Source: an uncultured virus (IMG/VR IMGVR_UViG_3300043775_002819)
Lineage: Duplodnaviria; Heunggongvirae; Uroviricota; Caudoviricetes
Strand: one strand, 5' to 3'
Length of the DNA stretch: 64,000 nucleotides
IMG/VR virus record: IMGVR_UViG_3300043775_002819
The notes under the pieces were generated by a model. It had not been told where the DNA came from and ran no database searches. It saw only the letters and a program-made list of their open reading frames with translations. The position numbers were made by a program, and so were the translations under genes. How positions within the stretch are numbered: position 1 is the stretch's first letter; each line of letters starts with the position of its first letter. Positions 1 through 9,493 of the stretch are shown piece by piece.

Positions 1-45
1 AAAGAACTATTATCGGTTCCAACCAAAACTTATCAAGAAGATAAG

Positions 46-1011
46 ATGGTAGATTATATATTAAATGAACTTTCACACATAGAAGGTATTGAAATTGCAT
101 GTGATGGTCATAAAAACATCTACGTAACAAAAGGAATATTAGATGAAAGTGAATTTTATCCCATGTTTATTTCACACACCGACACGGTTCATAATCTTGT
201 TGATGAGATTATCGTTGAAGAAGAATATCTTGTTAGACCATACACATTTGGAAAAGATTTTGGATCCGATCAAGTTTTATGTTTAAAGGCATACACAAAA
301 GAAAATAAACCAACAGGTATTGGTGGTGACGATAAGTGTGGAATTTTTATTTGTTTAGAATTACTTAAACAATTAGATAAAGTAAAAGTTGCATTTTTTG
401 TCTCCGAAGAAACAGGTTGTCATGGGTCAAGAAACTTAGATAAGGACTTTTTAAAAGATGTTGGATATTGCACCCAATATGATGCCCCTGGTGATCACTT
501 GATTTCTTATAGTTGTTCAGGAACGGTATTATTTGATAAGAATGGTGAGTTTTTTCCATTGGCGTTACAAGCAATCTCAGAAGGATTCGAAAATGAAATG
601 ATGGTCCAATCCCACCCTTACACCGATATTATGATGGTTAAACAATATGGTGATTTTTCTTGTATCAATATGTCATGTGGTTATTATAACATGCATACGT
701 CAAATGAGTTTGTTTGTATTTCTGATGTAGAAAGAGCAATTGTTGCAGGAAAAAACATGGTTGATAAATTGGGTTTAAAAAAATATGAGTTCAAAGAAGA
801 AATTAAACCCCAACCAAGCATTTTTGATTTTCAAGATGATAAACCTTTTTATGATGAAGTTCATCAATTATCCACAGTTGATGTAATAGAAGAAAAGAAT
901 GGTATAATAATTTCAGATCTATACGACGAAAACCAACTTTATATTGACAATGAAGATGGTTATAAATTATATGAGATTTTAAAAAACCGTTACTCTTTAG
1001 ACGAATATTAA
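46..1011 (+). CDS. Zn-dependent peptidase, M20/M28-like
   Basis: Motifs HTDTVH, GGDDKCG, EETG, YYNMH match metal/catalytic residues of this clan. Confidence 0.8.
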   Translation: MVDYILNELSHIEGIEIACDGHKNIYVTKGILDESEFYPMFISHTDTVHNLVDEIIVEEEYLVRPYTFGKDFGSDQVLCLKAYTKENKPTGIGGDDKCGIFICLELLKQLDKVKVAFFVSEETGCHGSRNLDKDFLKDVGYCTQYDAPGDHLISYSCSGTVLFDKNGEFFPLALQAISEGFENEMMVQSHPYTDIMMVKQYGDFSCINMSCGYYNMHTSNEFVCISDVERAIVAGKNMVDKLGLKKYEFKEEIKPQPSIFDFQDDKPFYDEVHQLSTVDVIEEKNGIIISDLYDENQLYIDNEDGYKLYEILKNRYSLDEY

Positions 1012-2141
1012 CTAATTCTATACTCAGTCGGGTTAAATAAACCTGGCTGAGTTGCCATTGCAATCACACTATCAACATCAGAAACACCCATTTTAGAGTT
1101 CCAATTTTGTCGTGAGGTCCCAACTCTAAATGTCACTTTAAGGGTTTCAGGGTCAACTTTCTCAACTTTAAGGTAATGTTTTTTATCAGGTAATTGTTTG
1201 AATACAAATAATTTCAATTCTCCAAGTTTTCTCATTATCTCAATATAATCTGAGTTAATTTCTTCGTGAGCCTTTTCAATATACTCATCCATCAGATCCT
1301 CAAGTTTCTCACAAGTCTCACTTTCAAAAATTTCATTATCCCAAACACTATATTCAATTTCATAATACTCAGGTGGATGATTATTAAAACCCCTTTCGAT
1401 TGTGCTAAATAATAGATCCAATACATTCTCATCAAAGTCCCCTTTATCTATATACAACTGAACAAGATTACCCCAACTTATAAAGTAAGTTTTAAAACAA
1501 TTTGTAAGTCTACTACTACCCCAATTTTCAATACCAAATTGTTTTAGACCATCACAATAAGTATTTTCTATCAATTCTTGAGCTCCACTAGAAACTGCAC
1601 TATCTTTTCCTCTACAAACTATTTCATCAATTTTATCACCAAGACCAGGAAAAAACTTATCCAATATCGTTGGTAGTTTACCTTCACCATCATATCTTAT
1701 ACCACGATTATTTGTTTTTACAAAATATTTACTTGTAGATGGGTCTAAAAACTCGGCAAGTTGTTTTAGTTTTAACATTGCAGAATCACAAAAATAATTT
1801 AATTGATATCCTTCATCCCAATCATCGTACGCCCTATCTTGACACTCACTATAAAAGTCCCAATTTCCGTAATACATTCTATCGTAATTTCCAGCGTCCC
1901 ACTCACCATCAGTACCTTCTTTATATGTTTCTTGAAAGAAAAACTTTAAAAATTCTTCTAAATCATTAAAATGAAACAATAGACCATGGGGAGTTACTTC
2001 AATAATATCACTGAAATCTTTACCTTCAGAATTGTAAAAAACAACATCATTATGGTCTAACTTTCTTTTATTTAAAAGTAGAATTTTTCTGAAATCTTCA
2101 AGTTCATCAATATCTTCTTCTATTAATAGTCTTTTTCTCAT
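1008..2141 (-). CDS. hypothetical phage protein
   Basis: 377-aa acidic ORF, TATTTAT motif upstream. Confidence 0.75.
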   Translation of the reverse strand: MRKRLLIEEDIDELEDFRKILLLNKRKLDHNDVVFYNSEGKDFSDIIEVTPHGLLFHFNDLEEFLKFFFQETYKEGTDGEWDAGNYDRMYYGNWDFYSECQDRAYDDWDEGYQLNYFCDSAMLKLKQLAEFLDPSTSKYFVKTNNRGIRYDGEGKLPTILDKFFPGLGDKIDEIVCRGKDSAVSSGAQELIENTYCDGLKQFGIENWGSSRLTNCFKTYFISWGNLVQLYIDKGDFDENVLDLLFSTIERGFNNHPPEYYEIEYSVWDNEIFESETCEKLEDLMDEYIEKAHEEINSDYIEIMRKLGELKLFVFKQLPDKKHYLKVEKVDPETLKVTFRVGTSRQNWNSKMGVSDVDSVIAMATQPGLFNPTEYRIS

Positions 2142-2156
2142 GTATTTATAAATATA

Positions 2157-2205
2157 TTGTCAAAGTGAAATCTTTGTATTATATTTGTTCTATAGTTCTT
2201 TGAAA
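2157..2205 (+). promoter_or_regulatory. Bacteroidota-type promoter plus boxA-like element upstream of tmRNA
   Basis: TTGTCA (2157), TATATTTG -7 box (2180-2187), GTTCTTTGAAA (2195-2205). Confidence 0.65.
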
Positions 2206-2224
2206 ATAGTCATTAAAGATATAT

Positions 2225-2642
2225 GGGCCTATATCGGATTTGACGGGCGTTGGTTGGATAAAAGAAGCATGTAGGGACTAAGTTAATCTCTTTAAAAACT
2301 GACTTAGAAAACAACTGGCAATGTGCTAAACAAAATGGAAACTCTTGGTTTACTAAGAGGTTCTGAAGTTACTGTAGCTTAATAAGATACGGAAACGGAG
2401 GGTCGGTCAGACAGATACCTAGTAACAGAAGTCGTAGATGAGTTGGTTTTCACTCTAAAAGGAAACAACGGTCTCGTTCAGAGGGCTACCGTAACAAAAG
2501 TGAACTCGACACAGTTTTTGGTGACAATGTCAAAATAGGAACCAAATATTTTGGAAGGTATGAAAAACCTTAACCTAAACATGTAGTTGTCTTTTTGACA
2601 AAACGAGCCGGACGAGGGAGTCGGAGCCCTCTAGGTCCACCA
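2225..2642 (+). ncRNA. ssrA: tmRNA; predicted tag GNVLNKMETLGLLRGSEVTVA**
   Basis: GGGCCTA/TAGGTCC acceptor stem with G3:U, discriminator A and encoded CCA; GGATTTGAC D-loop analog; AACT-GGC resume context at 2317 with tandem TAA at 2380-2385. Confidence 0.92.
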
Positions 2643-2646
2643 ATTG

Positions 2647-2674
2647 AAACCTCATCTTCGGATGGGGTTTTTTT
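2647..2674 (+). terminator. intrinsic terminator after tmRNA
   Basis: AAACCTCATC-TTCG-GATGGGGTTT hairpin plus T-run. Confidence 0.8.
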
Positions 2675-2693
2675 ATACTTAAATTTTTGGGCA

Positions 2694-2717
2694 TAAAAAA
2701 AGGGACGATTCGTCCCT
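2694..2717 (-). terminator. intrinsic terminator after the large ncRNA
   Basis: AGGGACG-ATT-CGTCCCT hairpin with T-run on the minus strand. Confidence 0.7.
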
Positions 2718-2751
2718 AATGTTTTTTACCGGTGGCTCCATTTTAAAAAAA

Positions 2752-3640
2752 AGAAACGCTGAGATTACACGTTTGTGTGAGAACCTTTAGAGTCATTATT
2801 GTTTCTACTCTTATCCACTTCCTTTTGAGAAGTATTTCTCAGTGACGGTCTTTTAGGTATACCATTCCTTGAGGTTTGAATTACTCTCATCCTAATCTAC
2901 TCTTTTCGAGGATGCCTCCCCAACTCGTCCTTGCGGGACTAAAGGTTTTTCGGATAATTACACATCGACTTGGGATCTCTGTGTGCAATGAACGGCTCAT
3001 TACTATGTAGTCACCTTTCATCCAAACCTGACGGACACTTTTCCTTAATTTATTCTTAATGGTTATTAATAATAATAAGTTTTGTGTCGTGGATTATCGA
3101 AGTAGTGGTCCGCCAACCGAGCCAACCCATCTTTTGAACGAGTCGATACTCAACTACTCCGTGAAATGTCCCCATCTCCATATTTCAAGACTACTTCGAA
3201 ACTAACTCCTTGGTAGAAGTAAATTAAGGTTAGTAACGACACCACTCGTACACTAACATACCTTTCGGCTTTAAGTATCCTTTTATATTGGAACACGCAA
3301 TAATGAAATTGGATAATATCATGTTTTGCAAATATTCCTACGAGTTATTCCTATTGGTGTTCCCACCTCAATTTGACGACCCACATCGCCAAATCACCTA
3401 ACCACTTTCCCTACAGCGTTGCCCTCGGTACTAAAGGTTAAACGGTATCCCGCTTGTGTACTCGAGCTCCCGAAGAAGCCGCAAATCATCTAACACAAAT
3501 GACTCACTTTATCCTACTTTCGTAGATTATTTATGGACTACACACGGCCCAATATCTTTATCAGTTAAAAGATGAAAATTTCATTCCAATTACTTGTCAA
3601 ATAATCTGACAAAACTTTTACCTGAATGGATAATCTATTT
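2752..3640 (-). ncRNA. large structured ncRNA, GOLLD-like (~890 nt)
   Basis: No ORF in the track, GC above background, many hairpins with GCAA/TTCG loops, own promoter, boxA-like element and terminator. 3' end ...CGTGTAATCTCAGCG resembles GOLLD as I recall it; family needs a covariance-model check. Confidence 0.65.
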
Positions 3641-3708
3641 TTTCAAAGAACGTATCGGACTTTTCCGATTTGTTTTACAAAGTTAAGACATTTATTTTAA
3701 TCTGTCAA
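3641..3708 (-). promoter_or_regulatory. promoter plus boxA-like element for the large ncRNA
   Basis: Minus strand TTGACA...TAACTTTG then GTTCTTTGAAA. Confidence 0.65.
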
Positions 3709-3736
3709 GCACTTTGTGATTTTTTTTTTATTTTTT

Positions 3737-3883
3737 TTATTCCGCAATTTCTACGGTTTCAAAATATAATTTACTACCACATTGGACCGCTCTTATTTTA
3801 GCGAAAGTCTCATTTGATGTCCATACTTGAACTCCGTTGTTATAGTAGTAATAAATTTCAACTAATTTTGGTTCTTCACTCAT
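3737..3883 (-). CDS. small hypothetical protein (48 aa, MSEEPKLVEIYY...)
   Basis: Read manually; below the ORF-track cutoff; A-rich start context. Confidence 0.55.
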   Translation of the reverse strand: MSEEPKLVEIYYYYNNGVQVWTSNETFAKIRAVQCGSKLYFETVEIAE

Positions 3884-3939
3884 AATCTTTTTTATTTATA
3901 GTGAAATGATAATATAAATATTTCGTTGTGTCAACAAAG

Positions 3940-4674
3940 TTAAAGAATTTTTTTAAAAATATCGTGAATTCTATTTAATTCTTCATTCAAATTTTCATTT
4001 TCTTCAATCGACTCTTTCATCTCACCTACAATACCAAGAAAATTTAAAAAATCACCAATAGGTCCCAAAGCTGATGAAGATTGGTTAGATTTGGTTTTTT
4101 TGTCAGTTGTGGTTTCCTTTTCAATTGATCCTTCTTCTTCTTCGTCATCAATGGAAGTATCGGTTGATGATATTTCCATTTTACCCTTACAAAAACTATC
4201 ACATCTTGATGATCTATTTGGTCCTGGTCCGCAGTAAGTAAAATGCCATGGTTCCGATGTAACCTCACCCCAACACCAACCATACTTATATCCATTGTCT
4301 TTGATCCACTGTTGAGCCTTTCTTGACGACAAGTCTAATGCTCTACCCCAACCATGATTTGACGTTCCAGGAGCCGCCACAGCAACATTAGAAGTCCCAA
4401 TTTTAATTCTCTTTCCTGTTTCTTCATAAGTGTCAAAATTGAAAATATTACATTGGATTTTTAATGGACGATAAGAATCTGAGATTTTTAAATCTTTTTG
4501 AACGTCTTCGGGCATGTCTTCATACATTATCTCGAGTGCGTCTGCAGCCTCAGAAGCCAATTCATATTTGCTTGAACCAACCTCACCTTTTTTTAAATTT
4601 TGAAGACACCCATTATCGGTGGATCCAAATTTTGAACATGGGTTTGAACTACTGCATTCTGATCTTGAAACCAT
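3940..4674 (-). CDS. M15-family D-Ala-D-Ala carboxypeptidase / peptidoglycan peptidase
   Basis: DSYR, GTSNHGWGRALD, EPWH motifs. Confidence 0.85.
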   Translation of the reverse strand: MVSRSECSSSNPCSKFGSTDNGCLQNLKKGEVGSSKYELASEAADALEIMYEDMPEDVQKDLKISDSYRPLKIQCNIFNFDTYEETGKRIKIGTSNVAVAAPGTSNHGWGRALDLSSRKAQQWIKDNGYKYGWCWGEVTSEPWHFTYCGPGPNRSSRCDSFCKGKMEISSTDTSIDDEEEEGSIEKETTTDKKTKSNQSSSALGPIGDFLNFLGIVGEMKESIEENENLNEELNRIHDIFKKIL

Positions 4675-4690
4675 TATAGAAAATATATTT

Positions 4691-5179
4691 CTATATAAAT
4701 ACTTCAGTATTTAAAAACCATTCAGGAACCTCTCTATTTTTCCATTTACAAAAATCACGTTTGGCACCACGATAGTAATTTCGGTAGGACTCAATAACAT
4801 CACCTGTTTTATATTCGTCAGGCATTGCCTTTGGTGGTGTGGTGAAGTTTTTATCAACGATGTTTGGCTTATTAATTAAACACCACTCAATAACATCTTG
4901 AGATTTGTGTCTCTTACCATAACGATAAGTATATTCTTTACATAACTCTAAACCAAGATCACATAGATATAAGTAATTAGACAAACTCTCACGAGCCCAA
5001 ATAGCACAAGGATGATTTTTGTGTGATAACTTGTAGGGAACTTGGGGGGTGACTTGGGGGGTAGTGTGGTGAACGCCACATAAAAGTTGCGCGGTTTCCA
5101 ATATCATTTTAACTACGTGTTTATCACAATGATATTTCGCACATTTGTTGGTGTCAAAATCTAAAAAGAAAATATTCAT
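4691..5179 (-). CDS. pyrimidine-dimer DNA glycosylase (endonuclease V / DenV-like)
   Basis: MNIFFLD...HCDKHVVKMILETAQLL, HKNHPC, EYTYRYGKRH motifs. Confidence 0.8.
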   Translation of the reverse strand: MNIFFLDFDTNKCAKYHCDKHVVKMILETAQLLCGVHHTTPQVTPQVPYKLSHKNHPCAIWARESLSNYLYLCDLGLELCKEYTYRYGKRHKSQDVIEWCLINKPNIVDKNFTTPPKAMPDEYKTGDVIESYRNYYRGAKRDFCKWKNREVPEWFLNTEVFI

Positions 5180-5202
5180 ATCACAAAGATATGAAAAAAT
5201 CT

Positions 5203-5805
5203 TTACTGATTCAAATAACTCATTAAAACACCACCGATTGATGATGCATGAACTTGAAGATGGATAATTTCTTCAGAAGTTAGACTTTTTTTATCTCTTG
5301 TGTAATCAACCGATAAAATCCCAATGAATCTATCCTCAATTGTTTTAATTGCAAATAAATAAGAAGACTTACATCCTGTTTCTTCGGCAACATACTTCAA
5401 TCCAAAAGTTGGAATCTTTTCGTCCGTATAGTCGGGTATTTCAATTGAATCATTATTTAATAATTCATTTATTGATTTAGAAAATAAATTAACAGGAATG
5501 TTTTTAAAATTAGTCTGAACTGATTGACCATATTGTCCAACTGTTTCATACATAATCGAAAACTTCGCCATAGATTTTCCAGTTGGATAAAAATTACCTC
5601 CATTGTGAAATTGTGAAACCCAAACTCTATCAGCATCAAATTCTTCTTTGATGTGCTCAATTTTGGAATTTATCAACTCACTAACCCTTAATGTATCCAT
5701 TACCATATCAGGTTTTTTCTTCTTTTTATCCAAAAGATGTTTGATGTAAATTAGTAAAATTGGTCCTAAAACCCCTGTGATGAATGCGATTACAATTTCA
5801 GACAT
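5203..5805 (-). CDS. N-terminal TM plus GAF-like domain protein (T4 holin-like architecture)
   Basis: Single N-terminal TM; ADRVWVSQFHNG and FIGILSVDY GAF-like motifs. Confidence 0.6.
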   Translation of the reverse strand: MSEIVIAFITGVLGPILLIYIKHLLDKKKKKPDMVMDTLRVSELINSKIEHIKEEFDADRVWVSQFHNGGNFYPTGKSMAKFSIMYETVGQYGQSVQTNFKNIPVNLFSKSINELLNNDSIEIPDYTDEKIPTFGLKYVAEETGCKSSYLFAIKTIEDRFIGILSVDYTRDKKSLTSEEIIHLQVHASSIGGVLMSYLNQ

Positions 5806-5872
5806 ATATGAATTTTTTTATATATAATAAATATCCCCCAACATAAAGAAGGGGGATATATTTTTGTTAAGA

Positions 5873-6046
5873 TTAAGCTTGTTTTTTAACAATGATGGAC
5901 CAAATTGTTCCTGTTAAAGTGATTACACCACCAACGATTTCAGTAACAGTTGTTTCGTCAACGAGACCTTTCATTACCAAAATACCACCAATAAACGTAA
6001 GCCCGTGTCTTGTAATTCCTAAAATTTGTTCTTTTGTTAATTTCAT
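5873..6046 (-). CDS. small 2-TM holin-like protein (57 aa, MKLTKEQILGITRHGLTFIGG...)
   Basis: Read manually; two hydrophobic helices and basic C-terminus. Confidence 0.65.
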   Translation of the reverse strand: MKLTKEQILGITRHGLTFIGGILVMKGLVDETTVTEIVGGVITLTGTIWSIIVKKQA

Positions 6047-6277
6047 TTTTGTTCGAGTTTTAAATAGAATTATTTATTCTATAAATACTTGTCCGTTTAC
6101 AAAACAAACAAAAAAAGTAAAGATTAGTTCCTTATTCTTTTTGTCCTTTAAGTGACATGATTACCAAAATCAACACCAGAGTAACTGGAACCGAAATTGC
6201 AACTAAAATTGATGGGTTCATTTTTTTTATTTTAAAACGTTTTTTTTTACTAAAAGTAATGCTAAATTAGCATTTAC

Positions 6278-6478
6278 CTACTTTGATCTATTTTTTCGAA
6301 ACTTTAAGGTTTCTTTCCATTTATCAACTGCGGGATACAGAATAAAAAACCCTAAAAGACCACAAAAGAGACTAACGATGCTAAATGGTTCTTTCATATA
6401 AAAAGTTACCAAAAAACAACCAATCATAACAAAAATGGTGGACACAACACCTTTTAAAAAATTAATTATAATACTCAT
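6278..6478 (-). CDS. small membrane protein
   Basis: Two hydrophobic segments. Confidence 0.6.
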   Translation of the reverse strand: MSIIINFLKGVVSTIFVMIGCFLVTFYMKEPFSIVSLFCGLLGFFILYPAVDKWKETLKFRKNRSK

Positions 6479-6488
6479 ATTTTTTTAA

Positions 6489-6731
6489 TTAGGCGGAAAC
6501 TTTATGTTTTGACATTAACTCAGAAGCTTTGGCTACGGCCAAATCTTTTGTTTGGAATCCTTTATCCACAACTTTTTTAGAGTGATACAAAACATATTCG
6601 GTTGATTTTACTTCACCTTTAGTCCATTTGTATTTTGAAGTTTTAGCGGGCTTTAAAGTGTCTTTTGCATAAATGTCGAAATACCCCACTTTACAGACGT
6701 AACGTCCTTTGTTTCCTGATTTTGTTGCCAT
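6489..6731 (-). CDS. hypothetical basic protein
   Basis: ORF with A-rich start context. Confidence 0.65.
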   Translation of the reverse strand: MATKSGNKGRYVCKVGYFDIYAKDTLKPAKTSKYKWTKGEVKSTEYVLYHSKKVVDKGFQTKDLAVAKASELMSKHKVSA

Positions 6732-6804
6732 AGTTTTTTTTAGATTTTTAAGTTAAACAATAATATAAATATAGTGATTTTATTTTAAATAACCAAATTT
6801 TTTA

Positions 6805-7083
6805 TTAAAAAGTTTCATCCCATTCTGAAATAACAAACGATAATGAAATAAAATCATCTTTTTTATCATAATGAACTCTAAATCCTCCGGTTCCAATACT
6901 AATTTTTTGATTAATAGCATCTTCCATTAATCTTCTTGCAGTTTCCCTTATTTCAGGTTCAGTTGGGATTCCATCTTCAGCAGACGCCCATTTCCAGTCT
7001 AACGCAACCATAGTTCGATGAACTTTAGAAAAGTCAAACCAATCCATAATCTTGTCAATTGCTTTTTGTTGTTTCTTTTTCAT
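6805..7083 (-). CDS. hypothetical phage protein
   Basis: ORF coupled to 7083..7355. Confidence 0.7.
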   Translation of the reverse strand: MKKKQQKAIDKIMDWFDFSKVHRTMVALDWKWASAEDGIPTEPEIRETARRLMEDAINQKISIGTGGFRVHYDKKDDFISLSFVISEWDETF

Positions 7084-7355
7084 TACTTTAATTCTTGAAC
7101 TTGTTTCATAACATCGGTTACATCTTCTTCACTCAAGTAACCAATTACGTCATTTGTCACAGGAGTATCATAAGTAAGTTTATCGTCAGAATCCAATACC
7201 GCAATCTCATAAAGACCATCACGACCACCATATGAATGAGAGTGTGATACAACAGATACACCATATCCATTATCAAAATGCATACGGGTTTTTTTACCGA
7301 CCATAAACGGTGCATCATTGATTTGCTCGAATTCTAAATCTTGGAAAGTTTTCAT
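7083..7355 (-). CDS. hypothetical phage protein (FDNGYGVSVV...GLYEIAVL type)
   Basis: Motif typical of small phage proteins. Confidence 0.75.
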   Translation of the reverse strand: MKTFQDLEFEQINDAPFMVGKKTRMHFDNGYGVSVVSHSHSYGGRDGLYEIAVLDSDDKLTYDTPVTNDVIGYLSEEDVTDVMKQVQELK

Positions 7356-7392
7356 AGTTTTTAATTTTAATAATTTACGCCATTAAAACGGC

Positions 7393-7443
7393 GGTTAACA
7401 GTTAGCAAGTGCAATTGAAACTGCACCTGCTTTTGTGTTATAC
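7393..7443 (+). repeat. attC-like site A
   Basis: GGTTAAC...AGCAAGTGCA-loop-TGCACCTGCT...GTTATAC; identical to site F up to GTTA. Confidence 0.75.
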
Positions 7444-7449
7444 ACAATA

Positions 7450-7983
7450 CTAATCCATATATTTTCGACCAATACCTAAAATTTCTTCTCGTGAAACAGC
7501 ACTTAATGATGTTAATACCTCAAATAGAAATCTTTTGTTATGGATAGTCCCATTAAAACAATTTTCTCCTTCATTATTAATCCAATTTGCAATCATTAGA
7601 TGGTTTGTCTTAAAATAAAACTTACCACTAACTTCACAATTATTCATCCTTTTTTTGAATGTACACCAATCTTCGTCATAATGTTTAACTGTGAATCCCA
7701 TTTGTTGAAAGTCTAAGTATGTTATTTCTTCGTTACCATACTTATGTTGGTTGAAAAAGTTTGATAGTCCCAAACCTAATTTTGGTATAACATCAAATAA
7801 ATCTTCATTACTCCTTAACCAATACTCATATTCACCTGTTTCCATATCAGAAATCGGTTTGAAATTTGGTGAGCGACTAAGTCCTATTAAAACACTTACT
7901 TTCTCTTTTCTTTCACGCTCACCCCAAACAACATCTTTTTGTTCTATAGGTGTTGGTCTCTCATTTTCTAATTTTTCTTTCAT
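7450..7983 (-). CDS. cassette-borne hypothetical protein
   Basis: ORF between sites A and B. Confidence 0.7.
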   Translation of the reverse strand: MKEKLENERPTPIEQKDVVWGERERKEKVSVLIGLSRSPNFKPISDMETGEYEYWLRSNEDLFDVIPKLGLGLSNFFNQHKYGNEEITYLDFQQMGFTVKHYDEDWCTFKKRMNNCEVSGKFYFKTNHLMIANWINNEGENCFNGTIHNKRFLFEVLTSLSAVSREEILGIGRKYMD

Positions 7984-8012
7984 ATATTTATTTTTAATTT
8001 AAAATGTACTGT

Positions 8013-8066
8013 GTATAACAAATGATAAACAACATTAAAACGATTGTTTATCATCAGACGTTATCT
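8013..8066 (+). repeat. attC-like site B
   Basis: GTATAAC-AA-ATGATAAACAA/TTGTTTATCAT-CAGAC-GTTATCT. Confidence 0.8.
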
Positions 8067-8095
8067 TCCAACCAATCTACTGCTGTCTGTTTCAT
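8054..8095 (-). pseudogene. truncated ORF MKQTAVDWLEDNV* cut at attC-like site B
   Basis: Typical small-protein N-terminus running into the R' box. Confidence 0.5.
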
Positions 8096-8124
8096 TGTTC
8101 TTGTTGTTTAAGGTTTTACATTCC

Positions 8125-8175
8125 GCATAACAGTTGCTAAAAGACATTAAAACGTCATTTAGCTTTGTGTTAGTG
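8125..8175 (+). repeat. attC-like site C
   Basis: GCATAAC...GCTAAA-GAC/GTC-TTTAGC...GTTAGTG. Confidence 0.75.
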
Positions 8176-8181
8176 GCAATA

Positions 8182-8409
8182 CTACGAAGCAAACCAATCG
8201 AAATTAGTTTCTAAACCACTTATCATCGTTTTTAATTGTTCTATCAATGCTTTTTTATCTTCACCGCATTGATGTAAAACAACTAATTTCTTACGTTCTC
8301 CACCATTATCCATTTCACCAACAAAAGTTTCGATTTGTTCTGTTTCAAACCAAGCACTGCCACTAACATCGGTTTGGCAAGATTGGGGGTTTTGTTCTGA
8401 ATTGTTCAT
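8182..8409 (-). CDS. cassette-borne hypothetical protein, starts inside site D
   Basis: N-terminus PQSCQTDVSGS is encoded by the attC arm. Confidence 0.65.
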   Translation of the reverse strand: MNNSEQNPQSCQTDVSGSAWFETEQIETFVGEMDNGGERKKLVVLHQCGEDKKALIEQLKTMISGLETNFDWFAS

Positions 8410-8492
8410 TTGTTCTATTTATTAAAATTTGTAATTAATTTTAGCGATTGTGCTTTTAGTCCCCAACCTCGCCAAGCCGAGAACCGTTATAA
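8361..8492 (+). repeat. attC-like site D (long loop)
   Basis: CACTAAC-A-TCGGTTTGGCAAGATTGGGG...CCCCAACCTCGCCAAGCCGA-GAACC-GTTATAA. Confidence 0.8.
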
Positions 8493-8508
8493 GTAATAAA
8501 AACAAAAT

Positions 8509-8823
8509 TTATGAATTTATTTTATTTAAAAAATCATTCAATATCTTGTCATATTCAGAAGGTTCAGTAAGAGTTTTCAATTCATCAAACATTTCTTTAA
8601 TTGAAAAAGATTGTTTCATTAATACATCTTTAATAACATCAATTTTACCTATACGGTGTGCTATAAATCGTTGGTTTGTTTCCTTTTTCAATTTTTCTTC
8701 TGCAACTAATAATAAATCAGCTTTCTTTTCTGATTTTTCATTCATCTTGATTACATTAATAATATCTTCAACAGCAGTCGTGATTTTTATTGGTTCTATT
8801 TGTTCTCCGTTTAATTTTTCCAT
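8509..8823 (-). CDS. cassette-borne hypothetical protein
   Basis: ORF between sites D and E. Confidence 0.7.
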   Translation of the reverse strand: MEKLNGEQIEPIKITTAVEDIINVIKMNEKSEKKADLLLVAEEKLKKETNQRFIAHRIGKIDVIKDVLMKQSFSIKEMFDELKTLTEPSEYDKILNDFLNKINS

Positions 8824-8865
8824 GATTTTTTATTTTTTAATTTGTATAATTTTTGTTTTACATAC

Positions 8866-8919
8866 TTATAACAAAGAATATGTGTCATTAAAACGAACAC
8901 ATATTCTCAACCGTTATGT
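8866..8919 (+). repeat. attC-like site E
   Basis: TTATAAC-AA-AGAATATGTGT/ACACATATTCT-CAACC-GTTATGT. Confidence 0.8.
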
Positions 8920-8925
8920 GCCATT

Positions 8926-9192
8926 TTAAATAGCAGCAGCTCTATGATTTGAACAATTACTATTAAATCCAAAAGCACAATTATTACAACCTTCTGATTG
9001 TTCAGCAAAGTGCTTACAGATTGGATATGCCTTTTCACAACCGATAACTTTAGTGATTATGTGCATATCTGCTTCATATTCATTTTTAAAGTGTTTAATG
9101 TCGTTTTGTGTTTCAACCGCATAATTTCCAGTAAACCCGCTTTTGAATTTAATGTAATCTCCATTTGTTTCGTAACCTGATTTTGTTTTCAT
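8926..9192 (-). CDS. cassette-borne Cys-rich hypothetical protein
   Basis: ORF between sites E and F. Confidence 0.65.
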   Translation of the reverse strand: MKTKSGYETNGDYIKFKSGFTGNYAVETQNDIKHFKNEYEADMHIITKVIGCEKAYPICKHFAEQSEGCNNCAFGFNSNCSNHRAAAI

Positions 9193-9235
9193 ATTATTTT
9201 TATTTAATTTTAATAATTTACGCCATTAAAACGGC

Positions 9236-9286
9236 GGTTAACAGTTAGCAAGTGCAATTGAAACTGCACCTGCTTTTGTGTTAGCG
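9236..9286 (+). repeat. attC-like site F (duplicate of A)
   Basis: Same core and ~30 bp left flank as site A; R' GTTAGCG. Confidence 0.75.
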
Positions 9287-9493
9287 GTCATTGCTACCAA
9301 GCCACTTTACGCATTCGCAAAATCCAGCAATAAAGAACGATTGTTCCTGTGCTGTCAACGGTGGTTCTACCATTTCTGAAATTTTTACAGCCATTACCCC
9401 TGCTTCATCAACCGAAGGCAACGAACCGCTAACAACAGATATACCCAATTTGGGGTTCTGTGTTTCATTTGGATTTTCTGCTTTTTTTGTCAT
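9281..9493 (-). CDS. cassette-borne hypothetical protein, starts inside site G
   Basis: N-terminus PKLGISVVSGS is encoded by the attC arm; stop overlaps GTTA of site F. Confidence 0.65.
   Translation of the reverse strand: MTKKAENPNETQNPKLGISVVSGSLPSVDEAGVMAVKISEMVEPPLTAQEQSFFIAGFCECVKWLGSNDR

Noticed and set aside
8450..8929. 159-aa plus-strand ORF as a sense cassette gene
   Set aside because: Its composition is that of an antisense shadow of 8509..8823 and it spans two attC-like sites
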